Positions 1-15,219 of a stretch of 64,000 nt of DNA are shown in pieces. Numbering within the stretch: the stretch's first letter is position 1; each line of letters starts with the position of its first letter. Below the pieces are notes generated by a model that saw only the letters and a list, made by a program, of their open reading frames with translations, did not search any database and had not been told where the DNA came from. A program made the position numbers and the translations under genes. The stretch is from the human T2T-CHM13v2.0 reference genome, Homo sapiens. The DNA lies in assembly GCF_009914755.1 (NCBI RefSeq), contig NC_060935.1; one strand, given 5' to 3'.

Positions 1-110
1 CTGAGATGGCATAACTTGCCCAAGGTCCATGGTCAATAGGCAGAAGTTGGCATTTGATCCCAGGTGATCTGCATCCAAAAAATCCCCACTTTTAACCTCT
101 ATGCTGCCTT
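1..110 (-). mobile_element. MIR SINE fragment
   Basis: taacttgcccaaggtc...ggcagaagttggcatttgatcccagg resembles the antisense MIR core. Confidence 0.65.
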
Positions 111-117
111 CATATTA

Positions 118-378
<261 letters not shown>

Positions 379-2523
379 CCGGGGTAAGTTCTGTTAAACT
401 AGACATCACTGGGATTTGGTGCTGGTGAGAGATACTTGGCAATTAAAGAGATGGACACTCTATTGGTCCACCGATTTTTCATACTGGGCTCTTTTAGCAT
501 CTTCTATTCATCAGCTTCAGTCACCAGTACTGTCTTTTGATGGTCAAGTGACTTTCAAATATGGACAAAAGTTGATGAGTGACTCAGGGAGATTTTTCAG
601 TGCCTCGCTTCTTAGTCTGAACTGCTTGAGAAACCAGATGACCATGATTGTGATGACCCATCTTTTGGAGTTTGAAAACATTGTCTCCCTGAAATATTAG
701 TAATTCACACCAGGAGACTTTCAGCCTTGTTCTGCTTCTGACTTTGGGATGGTAAGATTGGGAGGGTGGATACGGATCCACACTAGAGGCATGGAGTGTC
801 TCTAGGATGTTTGTTTCCACATCTTTAGCTGAGAGTTGAGATAGCCTTAGGATGAGCTCTTCCTGTGATCTTTGAGATTTCAGGAAAGAAGAGATAGCAG
901 ATTGCAGGCTATTATTATGGCAAGATCATTTCTCTTTGGCCACCACACAGTTGTTCCCTGAGTCACAAACTACTCAATTCAGTAGCTGTCGAACTAAACT
1001 GCCTTTGAAATTCAGAGGAGAGTCTGTGTACGCCAAAACCAAGCCCCTGAGTCACCCAGCACACAGCAGGAATACAGCCGTGAACAGGGTCATAAGTAGT
1101 GCCAGAATCCACCCCTTGCAGCAAGTGTGGACCTTCAAGTGCCCGTTCTACAGGAATCATCCCAGGTCATAAAATCTCATGTCCTCGCAGACAGGAGGTA
1201 CCATTGTCTGTTCCCTCTACCGTCTGCAAGGTTCGTGATTAGTGAATCATCTCCCTAAGTATCTTTTTACGTGGACTGAGCCATGTATTATGAAGATCCT
1301 GTTTGATTTGTAATATCTAAGGAAACTGCATTAGACATTATAGTTTATGAACAAAATAGGTGGTGTTTGTATTTGGAAATGTAACATCTTACTTACTGGG
1401 AAGACCTGGATTTGAACAGATCTACCTGGGCCTATTATAGAACAAAAAACTTGGTGTCTTTTTTCTCTGGTCACCACAGTTCTGCAATTATTCTATATAA
1501 TTGTTGTTTTCTTTTCTTTTTGGAAGGAGTCTCCTGTTGAAGAAAGAATCTAAAGAAATGCATAAGTTCCAGGGAATTTTCCTCTAAGACTAATAACAAC
1601 AAGATAGCTTTGCCTCTATTTATTTATATTCATTATGTTTTACTCATGAAAGATACGTGTCTTCTTCAGAGATCCTGGGTTAGAATTTTTTGTTTTCCTT
1701 GTCCTGGTTGAAGAAGAATCTCAAACCCTGATGCTGTTTTTGTTTTATGTATTTCAAGAAGAATTTTGGATGGTGCTTGACAACTTACGCCTTCTATAAA
1801 AACAAGAAATATTCTTTTACACTCTGTATATGAAAGATATTGTCCAACTGACATTTCACCAAACAAAGGAATTGAGCCACCTTGTGCTCTACATATTTGT
1901 TTAAATATTTGGGAGCTATTGTTTTGAGAGTCACCCATGGTAATAATGGCCAACTCAAAAAATGTCCTACTGAAGGGTTGGTTAAATATTGGCTCAGTTT
2001 CCACATTTGTAGCCCATGTCTTCCCTCCTTTTAGTTCTTCCCAAAACAAGTCAGGGTATGCCTCCCACTAAGAAACTACTTGCAAAATTCCATATCATAA
2101 GATGCTGAGCTTGAAATTATGAAACATCATCATCAGTTTCTGAGGACTTCGGAACTAGAAGTCAAACAGAAACTTCATAGTTTAGGGACCAAGGGCCTGA
2201 AATACAACTTCTAAGCTGAATTGGTATTGGTTCCAAGGTTAAAAATAAAGGACCACAGTTTTATTGTCTTTGAATGTAACATATTCCACATGAACGTCAA
2301 TAGGGCTCAGACATGCACTCAAGGCAGACAAAGGGTAAATAAATTAAACTGAAGTGACTCAGAAGGCACATAAGGAGCAAAGATGTGCAGAAGTAACAAG
2401 AGACTTCTTTTTTAAGAACAACCCTATTTAGAACTCAAGGGAGAGAACCTAAGTGGAAAACTCAAAGAACCATAGTTCCAAAATGAATTTAACTTATAAG
2501 CTTTCTCAACAGCCAGGAAAAAG

Positions 2524-2679
2524 TATATATATGATATATATATATATATAAAATATATATATATATGATATATATATATATAAAATATATATATATGATA
2601 TATATATATATAAAATATATATATATATATTTTATATATATATGTAAAATCCATATATATATATAATCCATATATATAT
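2524..2679. repeat. Interrupted (TA)n microsatellite with higher-order units
   Basis: About 155 bp of TA dinucleotides punctuated by repeated 'ga', 'aaaa' and 'atcc' interruptions. Confidence 0.95.
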
Positions 2680-2748
2680 TTGTGGATTAGTATCTATGTT
2701 TTGGAAGTTCCTGAGCACTTGAGCACTTATGCATTCAAGCCAATGCAC

Positions 2749-3062
2749 TTTTTCTTTTTCTTTTCTTTTTTTTTTTTGAGATGGAGTCTCCTTCTTGTTG
2801 CCCAGGCTGGAGTGCAGTGGCGTGATCTTGGCTCACTGAAACATCCACCTCCCAGGTTCAAGCGATTCTCCTGCCTCAGCCTCCCGAGTAGCGGGGATTA
2901 CAGGCACCTGACACCAAGGCTGGCTAATTTTTTTGTATTTTTAGTAGAGATGGGGTTTCACCATGTTGGCCAGGCTGGTCTCAAACTCCTGATTTTGGGT
3001 GATCTGCCCACCTCAGCCTCCCAGAGTGTTGGGATTACAGGTGTGAGCCACCATGCCCAGCC
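2749..3062 (-). mobile_element. AluS-type element
   Basis: Poly(T), then gagatggagtctc...caggctggagtgcagtgg...gtgagccaccatgcccagcc; cactttt flanks both ends. Confidence 0.95.
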
Positions 3063-3559
3063 ACACTTTTCCTTTCAAACCAACAGAATAGCTGGATCAT
3101 GTATACTAAGAATGTCCAGATTAAAATATGTCAATGAGACTTTGAGACCTTACTGCATCTCATTTAACAACTTGCTTCTTGGAACATCTTCCTGTGAGGG
3201 CAATGAGTTACTACCGAAGCTCATCTTTGTAGAATATTTTTTCTCAGCCTTTATTTGCTTTTCAAACCTTGCTGCATTTTTCCTGTACTAGGACAAGGCC
3301 CAGTTGTCCACTGACTTTTGTGAAGGCATCCATGGGAGGTTTTGAAGTCCACTGGTTAAAAGGGAAAACTGCTTTTGTGTTTGATCAGTATAAAGGTAGT
3401 TAGAAACAATGCTGAGTCACTTTAAAGCAGCTGCATTGCAAACCAAGTGAAAGGACTTTATCATTGGCTTTGTAGTCAGCAAATCCGGATCCTGGCCTTT
3501 GCTGCATCAAGAGCAGGCCTCTCAATGTCTGTAAGTTTCATTTACCTTTTCTTTAAACA

Positions 3560-3790
3560 CCACCATTTATTAAGCCTTTACTACGTACCAACCACTATAT
3601 TCAGCCTTTATTCACTCAAACCTCACAGTAACCCTATGGAGTAAATATTATTATCATCCCCATTTTATAGATGAGGAAACTGAGGCTCAGAAAGACTATA
3701 AAGTATGCTCAGTGTTACATAGTGAGAAAATTAGAGAAACAAGATCCGAGTTCTCATCAGTCTCACTTCAGAGTCCGATCTCTTAGCTAC
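3560..3790 (-). mobile_element. MIR SINE
   Basis: attattatcatccccattttatagatgaggaaactgaggctcaga is the antisense MIR core. Confidence 0.85.
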
Positions 3791-4694
3791 TCTGAAAGGG
3801 GCTAATAATAACATAATTTATGGACACTGAGAATCAAAACAGTAATGTTTGCAAAAGCTCCAAAGTCATATACATGTATAAGGTGTTATAATGAAATCAC
3901 TTGAGAAAAGAGAAAACTAAGAAACAGTTACGTGTCATGGTCATGGAAAATTACATTCAGATGCCTATAAACCGGAGCTTACTAGTTCTGTGTAAACCAA
4001 CATAGGATTTCCTGAATACCTTATTTTTCTTGACAGCACCCCATTGAAATACTAAATATGATATGTTACATAAATCAGGCAGGATGGATGACCACTTTAT
4101 TTTACATTGATTGCGTATTTAGAAGGCTGAGCAGCCTAAAAGACGAGAACTCTGGTCCATTTGTTACCTCTGAGCTGAGCTGCACTGGTTTGCTAATTTG
4201 CTTAAGTTATAAAGACATCTGCACAGAAGTTCAGCCTTAACTCCCAGGAACAATAATGTAGGTTACCAATAATGTAGAAAGTATTGTTCACTTGTAGGGT
4301 ATAAGAGGATCAGAGGCTATGAAAAGGAGACACAATGTTCCTTAAATCACCACCACAATAAAGCATGCACAATATCAAGTTAATTTTACTTTTACTGTTA
4401 GCAGGTAGTGCATGAAGTAGAAGAGAAGGATGAAGGTTGGCTGCATCAGGGAGTCAACAAGAACCCCTTAGTCATCAGCAGGAAGGCTATGGCTGCATGG
4501 GCCAACCAGATGGAGTCTCTTGTGCAAATACGCCTCTGGACAGAGTCAAGCAACTGACATGCTTTTTCCTAGTTCCCATAGTACTAATGGAATTGATTGA
4601 ATTGACTGATTATTTTAGGGTTGTGTAGACAGAAATGAATATAAATAAGAGGTAGATCAAGAGCAAAGGGACTGTGGTCACTCAGTATGTCTCA

Positions 4695-5100
<406 letters not shown>

Positions 5101-5717
5101 ATATTTTCCAAATTCGTAAACTTATTGGTGACAATAATTCTCCAACTAGAAATGGAGATATTTGGCCTGAAAGATATCTTTTTTCCCAAATTACAAGTCT
5201 GTTGATAGAAAAAGTCTTTCAGAGTTAAAAACATGCATCACACTTAGTGCATGTTTAATCATTTACTTTTACAGCAAAAGAATGACATTTTCTGAAATTG
5301 AGGCTGCACTAAAAAATCCACACCGAATGGTCTCAATCCTTATAGCTTATCTTAACTGATCTGCATCTGCTGAGTTGTTACTAAACTGCCTCCTGTCACA
5401 GGTTTGGTTGAGTCACAGAATCGGCTATGTAGCTGATGCACCAGCCTTTTCCCCTTTTGTCCAAAAATAGGAAAGGGTTTGCACCCTAAACGATTTGAAG
5501 TGGTTTCATAAAGCTGCATGGGCTCTGTCATTCAAGAGGGTAATATAGAGATGGATTACCCCGGGGAGAGAGACGGGATGACAGAGCTGAAGGAATTGCA
5601 TCACATGTACGGAATAAGGAGTTGTATCTTTTAGATCCCTACTGATCCCTGTTGACTTCCTAGACACTCTGTGGCCCACTACTCAATAATAGGTTTTATT
5701 ATTTAAAGTTGAAGTCT

Positions 5718-5835
5718 CACTTTGGGAGGCTAAGGTGGGAGGATTGCTTGAAGCCAGGAGTTCAAAACCAGTGTGGGCAATTAAAGCAAGACCTCCATTT
5801 CTACAAAAAATAAAATAAAATAAAATAAAATAAAT
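5718..5835 (+). mobile_element. FLAM / Alu left-monomer fragment
   Basis: cactttgggaggctaaggtgggaggattgcttgaagccaggagttc, then a (taaaa)n tail. Confidence 0.85.
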
Positions 5836-8800
5836 TTTTTACTTAAAAAAACAGTTGGACTTTGGAGTCTCACTTTCATTTTATCAGTCAGAGTATTGAG
5901 AATTACTTTTAGAATAAATAGAAGAGGTATAAATAGATAAAGTGATAAGGAAGGTAACCAGCTTTTATAAAGAAAAGAACTACAACTAATTGATAGAATC
6001 TGCATTTTTTTTTAGTTTATTTCTGCTCTTTAAGAATTTGCAATTTTTTGGAAAGATGATATTGTAGATTTATTAGCCCAGCCTCCTGTCCCCTTGATTT
6101 TACTGGTTTATGCACTTTGAAGAGAAAAGAGGGCATGAATAAGGAATCAACACGTGAGAAATGAAGAAATTAATCCCCTTAGGAATTTTTTGTGTGGGGG
6201 ATTATAAGAATACATAATCGAGGTAAGCCCAAACCTAAAGGGCTTATTAAAAAAAAATTTCAAAAGGCAACCACATGAATTTTAACATAGCGATGGCAAC
6301 TACAGTTCTACAAGGTTTATGATCAAAACTTTTTTTTTAATCTCAACTTGATTAATGATTAACAGGTCCCATTTATGAGGCCAAAAAGAAGTTTTTCAGC
6401 AGCAATTTTGTGGGCCTCAATAATACCAATAACAATACCAACAAAAAGGAAAAATAGTGTTGCTCAAGTAATGTTTTAAGCCCAATTGGTTAACAAAATT
6501 CAAATGGTGTATGGTTTTTAGATCTTGTGACTGAAGCTTTGTTTTCTAGGTTTTAATCTGGAGAAAGAGAAAATAATTTATTTAAAATGACTTAAAATGC
6601 AGGATTCCATGAAAGTCTTCCTTTATCAGTATAGCTTTAGTAACTGTTGGAGAAATCAGCTAACATTTATTAGAGCTTCTGATTCAATCATATTTTTAAC
6701 TCTTTCTAGTTAGCCATTAGCCATTTGAAAGAATGATAAGCAAAGCATTAAAGGTTTGTTTTTTTTGTTTTTTTTTTCATATTCCTCAAACAACATGATT
6801 TTTAAAAAGATAATCTGGGATTTTTTGTCTTGTGAAATGATCAGCAGTTTTTAAAAAGACTTCGGCAAAATATAATTGAACAAATCTTATGTTTAACAGA
6901 TTAAACCATTTCTGCATTCAGCTTTCTTGTCTAAAAAGAATTACATTTAAATAGTAATTCAGCAATGTATTTTTAAAAGCTCCAAAACATTTTTATTTCT
7001 GGCTTTAAATTTTTGTATAAAGGGGGTAAAACGCTTTTATTTGTTCATAAAAACCCGAGGGAAAAAAAGAGGCAGAAACTCACATTTTCCTGCCTATAAA
7101 TACCAAATTAAGAAGATTGGTGGTGAGCTTTTTAAAAAAGAAAAGTAAAACCCTGGTATGTTTGAAAATATGTATGCATAGTTCCGGATCACCACTGCAT
7201 AAAATGTCACAAGATTTCTGGAAGCCCTCAGATACAAGCCATCAGTGAGATTACATGTGGAATATAGTAAGAATTACAATTCAAAATGCAGTTTTTAAAA
7301 AAACAGAAACAAAAACAAAATGCAATTTCAAAAACGATAGTCCTTCCAAGCCTTGTTCAGCCTAGGTTCCTGTCTAGACATGCAAATTGAACTGAAGAGT
7401 TGAAGCAATTATTCAGATAATTCAAAGGAAAAAAAAATCTTCTACCTAAAAAGAAGATTTGAGCAGCCTGAACTACCTGACTTGTTTGTCCTCACTGATC
7501 AATTAACCAGATAATTGCACTTCACTCTGCGAGTTTGAAGAGGGCCATAGGATTTGAGTCAGGGAGAAAATTCATGAACTTTTGTTTTTCTGTGCATTCA
7601 ACTTCAATGAAATGTGTATAATTTGAAGGAAAAGAAAGTCTCTTGGAGAATCCTCTCAAGAAAATATAAAGTTATTCTTATAAGATATGCAAACGTTACA
7701 TTAGTAATGACTCTCCTATGTCCAATAAATAAATAAATAGATAAATTCTGAAGACTAACTTTCTAAGTACCTTTCTTTTTCAGATGAGATGGCAAGATTT
7801 AACAGAAGAGAAAAGAGACTCATTAAGCTATCTGTAAACTGGATGTTATTCCTTGCAGTTCAGTTCACATGGCATTTATATATTCTTATGAATTATATAA
7901 TTTAAATAAAGAAAGAAATTGTTACCTGTGTAGCTAGTACAAACTAGGGTAGACATTGATAGATATTAAAATAACAATCAAGCTATGAAAATATAAAGGT
8001 TCAGAAATTCAAAAGTAATTATATTGATCTGGTCAACTTAAAATAGATGATCTTTTGAAAACATTTTGAAAACCCATTAAGAATATATTTTTAAAACTTT
8101 AAAAAGTAAATATTCACATAAAACTAAACTGGGCAGCAAATTTCAAGGTAAAAATCAAGTAGGTTAATAGTCCATGAAACATATCAGATATTGAAATTAA
8201 AATAAAATTTGAAATTCATTCATGCCAGAAATTACTACTGCCAAGGCCTGTCATATGTCCTAACAGAAAATTAGAAGCATAATATTTAAACCAGGAATAG
8301 TTAAATGATTATAAAAAGGGAGCTTAGAATTTATCTCATTTGTTCTTCAAATATGGATCTGTGGTATACATTCACCAGAATCACATTAATTTTAATACTG
8401 CTCTACATAAATGTTCAAGTACAGACAAAATTTAAAGGGCAGTTTTACAAACAAGTATATTATTAAGACAATGTTTCCAAATATCAGACATGAAATGGCT
8501 GTTTTATGTTTTAAAAAAGCCTAAACCTTGTGAAAATAGGTTAACAAAATATAAGAAAACAAAATCAAAAATTAAATTTTCTCCAAATTTAACTTTTATG
8601 AGCATTTATTACAATTTTGTAATACTTGAGAAACTCTTCAAGATGGCATATTTAAATATTTTCAACTCTTAACATAAGGCTTTTATAAAGCCTGTGGTAA
8701 CATACTGGTCATAATCACTAAGTGCTAAACTAATAATATTGTAAAAAAATTATTTAGCAATTACTAAAAACAATTTTTTTGTATTTTCAGAATTAAAGTA

Positions 8801-11800
8801 ACAATAGATAATTCTGACATAATCTGAAACATTAAACTTTGATTATTAACAAATATAATTTGGCAATTGATTTATTTTAAAAGGCAGATATGACTAAAAC
8901 ATTTTTAAAGAATCATATATAATATATTTTAAGCATATAAGACATTTTATCACATGTTTATTTGAACCTTATTTTAAAAGAAACAACCAAATTATATAAA
9001 AAGTATGCTATCCCTGTAAATTACATTGTTTAGATTTTTGCCAGGTAGGAATATTTTGATGAAAGCAAAATAATAACTATAGAAGTTCATTGTCAGCTTA
9101 CTCTTGATATCTGGGTCTATAATAATTCATAAAAATGTTAAAAAGACCAAAACAAACAACTTTGGTCTAATAGTTAACATATGATACTGTTAAAACCCAA
9201 CATGATTCTTTATTTTCTCTCACAAGGAATTCTTGGCAATTTCTAAATTTTAATATGAAGTATTTTTAATTCATAAATATTTCTAGTTAATAATAAAACT
9301 ACTGTAAACATTTAAAACTCTTCTATTTTTAAAACAGCTTACATTCTTGATATTTGAAATACTAGTATTTGAATTATTAAAAGGAAGATGAAATAATTTT
9401 ATTAGTTAAAAGTTTTATTTTCACGAAAAGCAATGAGTTACTAAGATGGTATTAATTGCTTAAGACTTTTTTATTTTTAATTTTTTTTAAATTGGATTTT
9501 TAAAACCCGGTATTATATCTGCTTGTAAGACAATTGGAAATTATACATTCTGGATAGAAATTCTATTTTAAAACATTTGCTAAAAATGAAAAGCAATCTT
9601 AACTAAATATAAAATTTTTAAAAATATTTTAGTTAAGCTATTTTTAGATTTGTAAAGCAGAATGACAAATTTGCTTTGAATGCCAACCATTTCAGTAATT
9701 TGGTATTCTGTTGTTCAGATTTTTGTATCTTTAGTTGGAATATAAACCTTCTATTTATTTCCATTTGTATATAATTCTAAATGTAGAGTACAGATTCTAG
9801 AACATGTTACACATTCACTTGTTGGTCTTGAAAATGCCAATAAAAATAATGCATTTTTGGTTTTACATACAAATAAATGTTTTAGTAGCAAGAAACAGAA
9901 ACTATATGGCACATTAATTTTTTTTGCATTTTTTTTAATAGATGCTAAAACAATGGTTTCAGGAAAAGGAGTATTTTTGTTTTATCTGAGACTTATAGTA
10001 CCTTAAGTAATGTTTTCAAAGGAAAATAATAATACTTTTTACAAACTTTCCATTTCAACCCTTATGCAAATGAAACAGCTGCAGCTGATTACAACTTTGA
10101 TGCAAATTGTAACTCAAAATATAGTTCATAATCATATCTTACTAAATATTTACATTAATATGGAAATAAATGTTATGCATTTTATGGGTTTAAAAAAGAT
10201 ATTACACAGAAAACAGGAACTCCCACAAAAAGAATCAATGCAAAGGACATTTTCATACAGTTTTAGAACCTTCAAACTGATAGCTAAATAGTTACATTTA
10301 CTTTACTTAATTAATCTCACAGTTTTAAAAGTTAAGGAGGGGCAGCTTAGTTTTGAGGTGCTGAAGGGTTACATGACTCAGCTCTATCTACCTGACGTTT
10401 GCAAACATCCAGTTGCTAGACATCACTCGGATAACATAGCCCTTTTCATTTTTTAAAATTTTCATCTAGACATGTTGACATTATGAAGGCACAGAAATTG
10501 GTTTTATAGTAATAATATACAAGTATGACGACATTAAGAGAAATGTTAAGAATAAGCCCTATTGGTTCCTGAATTTGCCATCTAAATGTTCAAGTATTAG
10601 TCCTTGATTTTTTTTTAAATGTAACTTGATAATAATGAACTGCATTTAAGAAAAAAATACTTATGCTTCTGATTTAAAATAAAAGTAGGATGATTAGGTA
10701 AAAAATTTCTAGTGATACCTTATTGAATAGGAGCTACAGATAAAAACTAAAATGGCATTTACTGTTTTATTACTGCTTACTATTATTCATTCACTAGATA
10801 TTTAAAAACTTTTTTAATGGTGATGTTAGATCTATTAGCATGTAATTTTAAATTAAATTTTAAAAACTTCATAGTATTAAAAAATCTGTATTCTAGTCTC
10901 TTAAAGTAGTTGCCAATATCAATGAAAGCTTAAAAATTAAATTGTTTTTATTTCTAAAATATATTTTCAGTTCTTTTAAATGGTATTGCTTTCTTTAGAT
11001 TTTGATTGAAGAATTCTGAAATAATGCCAATGCTTAAGATCCTGATAAATCTTTAAAAAGCTTTCATTTTGCCTCTTATAAAAAAATTTAATCTGCGTTA
11101 AAATAGTATTATCAAAGAGAATTCAAATGCACTGGCAAAATTTTCTTTTTGCTACTTTTACTGTAAATAATAATAATGTTTGAAAACTCTCAATATTGGT
11201 CCGGAAGTTTCTGTCTTCATGGCATTATTATTATTTCTGCAAAATGCCATACAATAAGGAATATAAAATTATGGCTTAAAATATTTTGTAGTATGCCACT
11301 TAAAATAAATATTACAAAGTAATGACTTTTTTTTTAATTGCTAGGGAAGTTGGACCCCATCTCAGTGAAACTTTCTTTCCTCTTATAAACAGAAATGGTT
11401 CTTTTCTTTTTTCTTTTTTTCTTTTTTTTGGTCAGTTTCCTATGTCTTGTTTTTAATAGTGATACCCCATTTTGCTGAAGAAATTTCTATTTGTAACTTA
11501 CCCCCAATAAAAATGATTTCATTTAAGCATTCTCAATGACACCATTATTAGTTCTTACTTGGCAACTATCAACTATGTCACTTTTGCTATCCAAATGTTA
11601 CAAACAAAAACAAAAACCAAAAAAAACCTTCTGGTCTTGATCACTTTCCACTGTCACTATTGAGTAGAATCTTTTAAAGCATTTTTAATTCTCCAGATTT
11701 GTCAAGCATTCACATGAGCAATGTACAGGTAGAAAATAAGTCAGCTACCCAAAAAGATGTTGAACAAATATAAATGTTAATAAAAATGGACAAGAAGACC

Positions 11801-12079
11801 ACTTCACACACACCCTCACCCCCCAATTTTTCAGGTTACTTTGACTTAAAAACATTGTGTACTAATACAGATTTGGTTGGATTTTGTCTGCAGAGCTGTG
11901 TTAGCTTTCTAATCTTGTTTTCTGTTTTAACCTGCATTATAGCCATGGCTAAAGAAATGAGAAATGAAGAAATGTATGGAAGCATACATTCATATACTTC
12001 TGGTTTTGTGGCTCTATCTAAACTGTGATATTATGCCAATGATAGAGCTATCCAAAACCTCTCTTTAAAACTTCTGAGA

Positions 12080-12145
12080 TATCAAAACATAACATTGTAT
12101 ATGCCACAGATATTCACAATTATTATTTGTCAACTATACAATTTT
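12080..12145 (+). mobile_element. Short L1MA-type 3' end fragment
   Basis: caaaacataacattgta...acaattattatttgtcaa resembles the L1MA 3' terminus. Confidence 0.5.
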
Positions 12146-13399
12146 TATTAAATTAATAATTTAATAAAATTAAATTATTTTTATAAAAAATAATTTTTCA
12201 AAAAGCTTAGAGGTTTATCTATGTAATTTTTAAACAAGCATTGTTGATTTTTGCAACAGCATTTGATTGCTTAATCAAAAGTGTTATGGGCTATATGATA
12301 TGAGCATTTAAGAATGTCACTCATCCTAACTGATAATCCATACCATTCATCTCATTACCACATTTCAACCAATGTCTGGATCTATGTTTGTAATTGATGT
12401 AAAGCAGTTACTTGGCCAAACATGATCCCATCCCTACCAATTTTTTTCCATTTTGGTGGATGTGGACGTTGATTTCCCCAGGTGCATTTTCTAGGAAACA
12501 GGGTGATTATATCTGAAGAAACATCTTTATTCCTCTCTGTCCACAAACAGAGAGGAATATCATTGGAATATAAACGGGTCTAGTTAACGGCTGATTCTGG
12601 CAAACTTATTTGCAACAGCTAGATTTCTTTGCAATGAACAACTTAGACAGACTTCTTGATAAATTATAATGATTCTAATGGGGTCCTGTAAGGACCTGCT
12701 ATTCAAATTGTAGCCACCTGTGATATTTTTATTCATAACAGGAGTGAGTCTGGTTCATTATCTCTAAATTTACCTTCAGAGAGCTACTATTACATTTTTG
12801 TTTGTCCTTTGTATTTGTTGATTTTTCCCTGCTTCTAAGCTTTAAACATATTGTGCGACTCTAACCAACACAGATGATTGTGGTCGTAGTCTGGAATTGT
12901 CCAATGGCAGATGGTTAAAAATCCCACTATGGTCCCATTCGTGGAGTTTATTGAGCTTGTCTGGTGAAGTTCTCCTCAGGTATCCCAAAGGACATAGTAC
13001 TTGGACCACAGGCTCAATAGTGTTTAGCATTCATTTTGTTTGGTGAATTCCTGGTGATTGCAGCTTCTTTTTTGTATCAAATTGTCACTACAAAATAAAA
13101 AGCCCACCGGGTTGGACTTCCAGCCACAGCAAAACCTGATGTTAGGTCCAGAAGGGAATTTATAAATCAACACATTCCCCTTAACTGTTAAGTAGGGAGG
13201 ATGCAGTGTTGAAATTATTTTTTCAAGGTAACTATTTGTATTTAGTTTGATCTCCAAACAACATGTGTTTGTTTCATTTGTTGAGATACTAAAGAAAAAT
13301 CATAATATACAAAGTGCAAATGTTGATACTGAATCAGTAGAAACATTACTGTTTCCAGACACCAATAGGTAGAATATCTGATTCTGCATCAGGAGATCT

Positions 13400-13710
13400 T
13401 ACTTTGATTCTGGATCAGGCAGTGACTCTTGGTGTAAACTTCTATAGTAATTTCTTTGTCTGGAAAATTGGGTTAATACTCTATCTGGCCTACAGGGTTC
13501 CTTATACTATTAAATGAGGTAAACATATGGGTAAGCATTTTGGAAAAGTGAAATTTCAGTCCATGGAAAAAAAGAATTGAATGGGGAGACCAATTTCAGC
13601 CTTTTGGTTGTATGACTCTGGGCAAATCATTTCCTTTCTCTGGATCCCTGTCAATTAAAAAAAGTGAAAATTGGACTAGATGATCTCTAAGTCTTCTTGT
13701 AGCTTTGACA
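13400..13710 (+). mobile_element. Degenerate MIR fragments
   Basis: tgactctgggcaaatcatttcctttctctg...ggactagatgatctctaag; gaaaattgggttaata...taaatgaggtaa. Confidence 0.55.
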
Positions 13711-14112
13711 ACCTGTGTTTCAGGATGATCATTGACAAGATTCTAAGGGGCCCAGCTATACTCAAAGCGGGGATTTGTAGGGTGCCCTTTTGTTTTCTGT
13801 TTACTCAGATTAATGCCCTACATTCTGTTTGCTACTCATGCCTCTGACTTTGTAGGGGATACTACCTTGGAGGGTACTCCAAAACAGGACAAGCATATCT
13901 AGGTATCTCTGGTGGCCACTTTTGTCATAATGTCCAGCAGTGAGGTATCTTGCCACAGATTATACTGTGGAGGAAGGTTGGATATTCAGCCACCTCGACT
14001 TGGCTGTTTCTACAAAGTTCATCTCCTTTTAAGAACCTAGCTGGATGGCTTGGTAATGAAGGGTACAAAAGGATGAAGGTTCAAGTGGTTGGATATTTAC
14101 TGCTTTAATTAA

Positions 14113-14475
<363 letters not shown>

Positions 14476-14902
14476 AATAATTTCTTTTTTAAAAAAATGT
14501 AATTTTGTCTTTCAAAAGTCAGGGCTGTTGGTTTCTTGGACACATGGCTTGGACTACAAAGGAGACTGAAGGTTGGTGCATTCAGAAAACAGATGGTGGA
14601 CATTTTGGCCTAAAAAGAAAACTAAGATTTTTTGAAGAAATATAGGTTGGGCAGAAAGTAAAGGATCCCAGGCATCTCTTTATAAGTATTTAATAAGAGA
14701 GCTCTGAGATAGTAAAGGATCTTCCAAACATTTCCCTTCAAAATTCCTAAAGGCATCTTCCAATTTTTCCAGAACATGTCCCATCCTAATAGGCACCAGC
14801 TGAGCTCCTTCTGACCAATCCTATAAAAGGAGACACTTAACAGGAATGCTGAGAGACAGTAGGTTCCTACATGAGGCGGCTGCATGAACAAATAAAAGGT
14901 GT

Positions 14903-15070
14903 TCTCTCTCTCTGTGTGTGTGTGTGTCTCTCTCTCTCTGCCTGTCTCTCTCTCTCTCTCTGTCTCTCTCTCTCTCTCTGTCTCTCTCTCTCTGTCTGTC
15001 TGTCGCTCTCTGTCTCTCTCTCTCTCTCCCTCTGTCTCTCTCTCCATCCCTCCATTCCTCCCTCCTTCAT
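14903..15070. repeat. Compound (TC)n/(TG)n/(TCTG)n pyrimidine-rich microsatellite
   Basis: Directly visible; it generates the ER/SL low-complexity ORFs in the track. Confidence 0.95.
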
Positions 15071-15219
15071 TTCTTTCATTGTAAGAATTGTTCTCCATTA
15101 AACTCTTAGCTGCTGTGGTCTAAACGTATCTTGCAGCTACACATTGCAATGGGCTATGGATTCTGATACCCTATTGGTATTTGATAGAGAGCTGACTCTC
15201 CAGGGAGTTGGTCATTTGT

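Noticed and set aside
416-2049. ORFs of 65-127 aa on both strands in unique DNA; considered a pseudogene or endogenous viral (bornavirus-like) relic
   Set aside because: Manual translation of several frames showed no recognisable motif and many stops; a tBLASTx/HMM search would be needed to revive the idea
2680-3291. 203-aa ORF and similar ORFs at 14131, 17142, 20498, 20592, 44190, 46451, 52519, 55338 and 63419
   Set aside because: Translations of Alu sequence (LECSG..., SWDYR..., [10 protein letters not shown])
12300-13260. Mixed-composition segment that looks like decayed coding sequence
   Set aside because: The frames I translated are interrupted and resemble no protein I recognise
14622-15109. 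ER-rich and SL-rich ORFs
   Set aside because: Products of the (TC)n microsatellite
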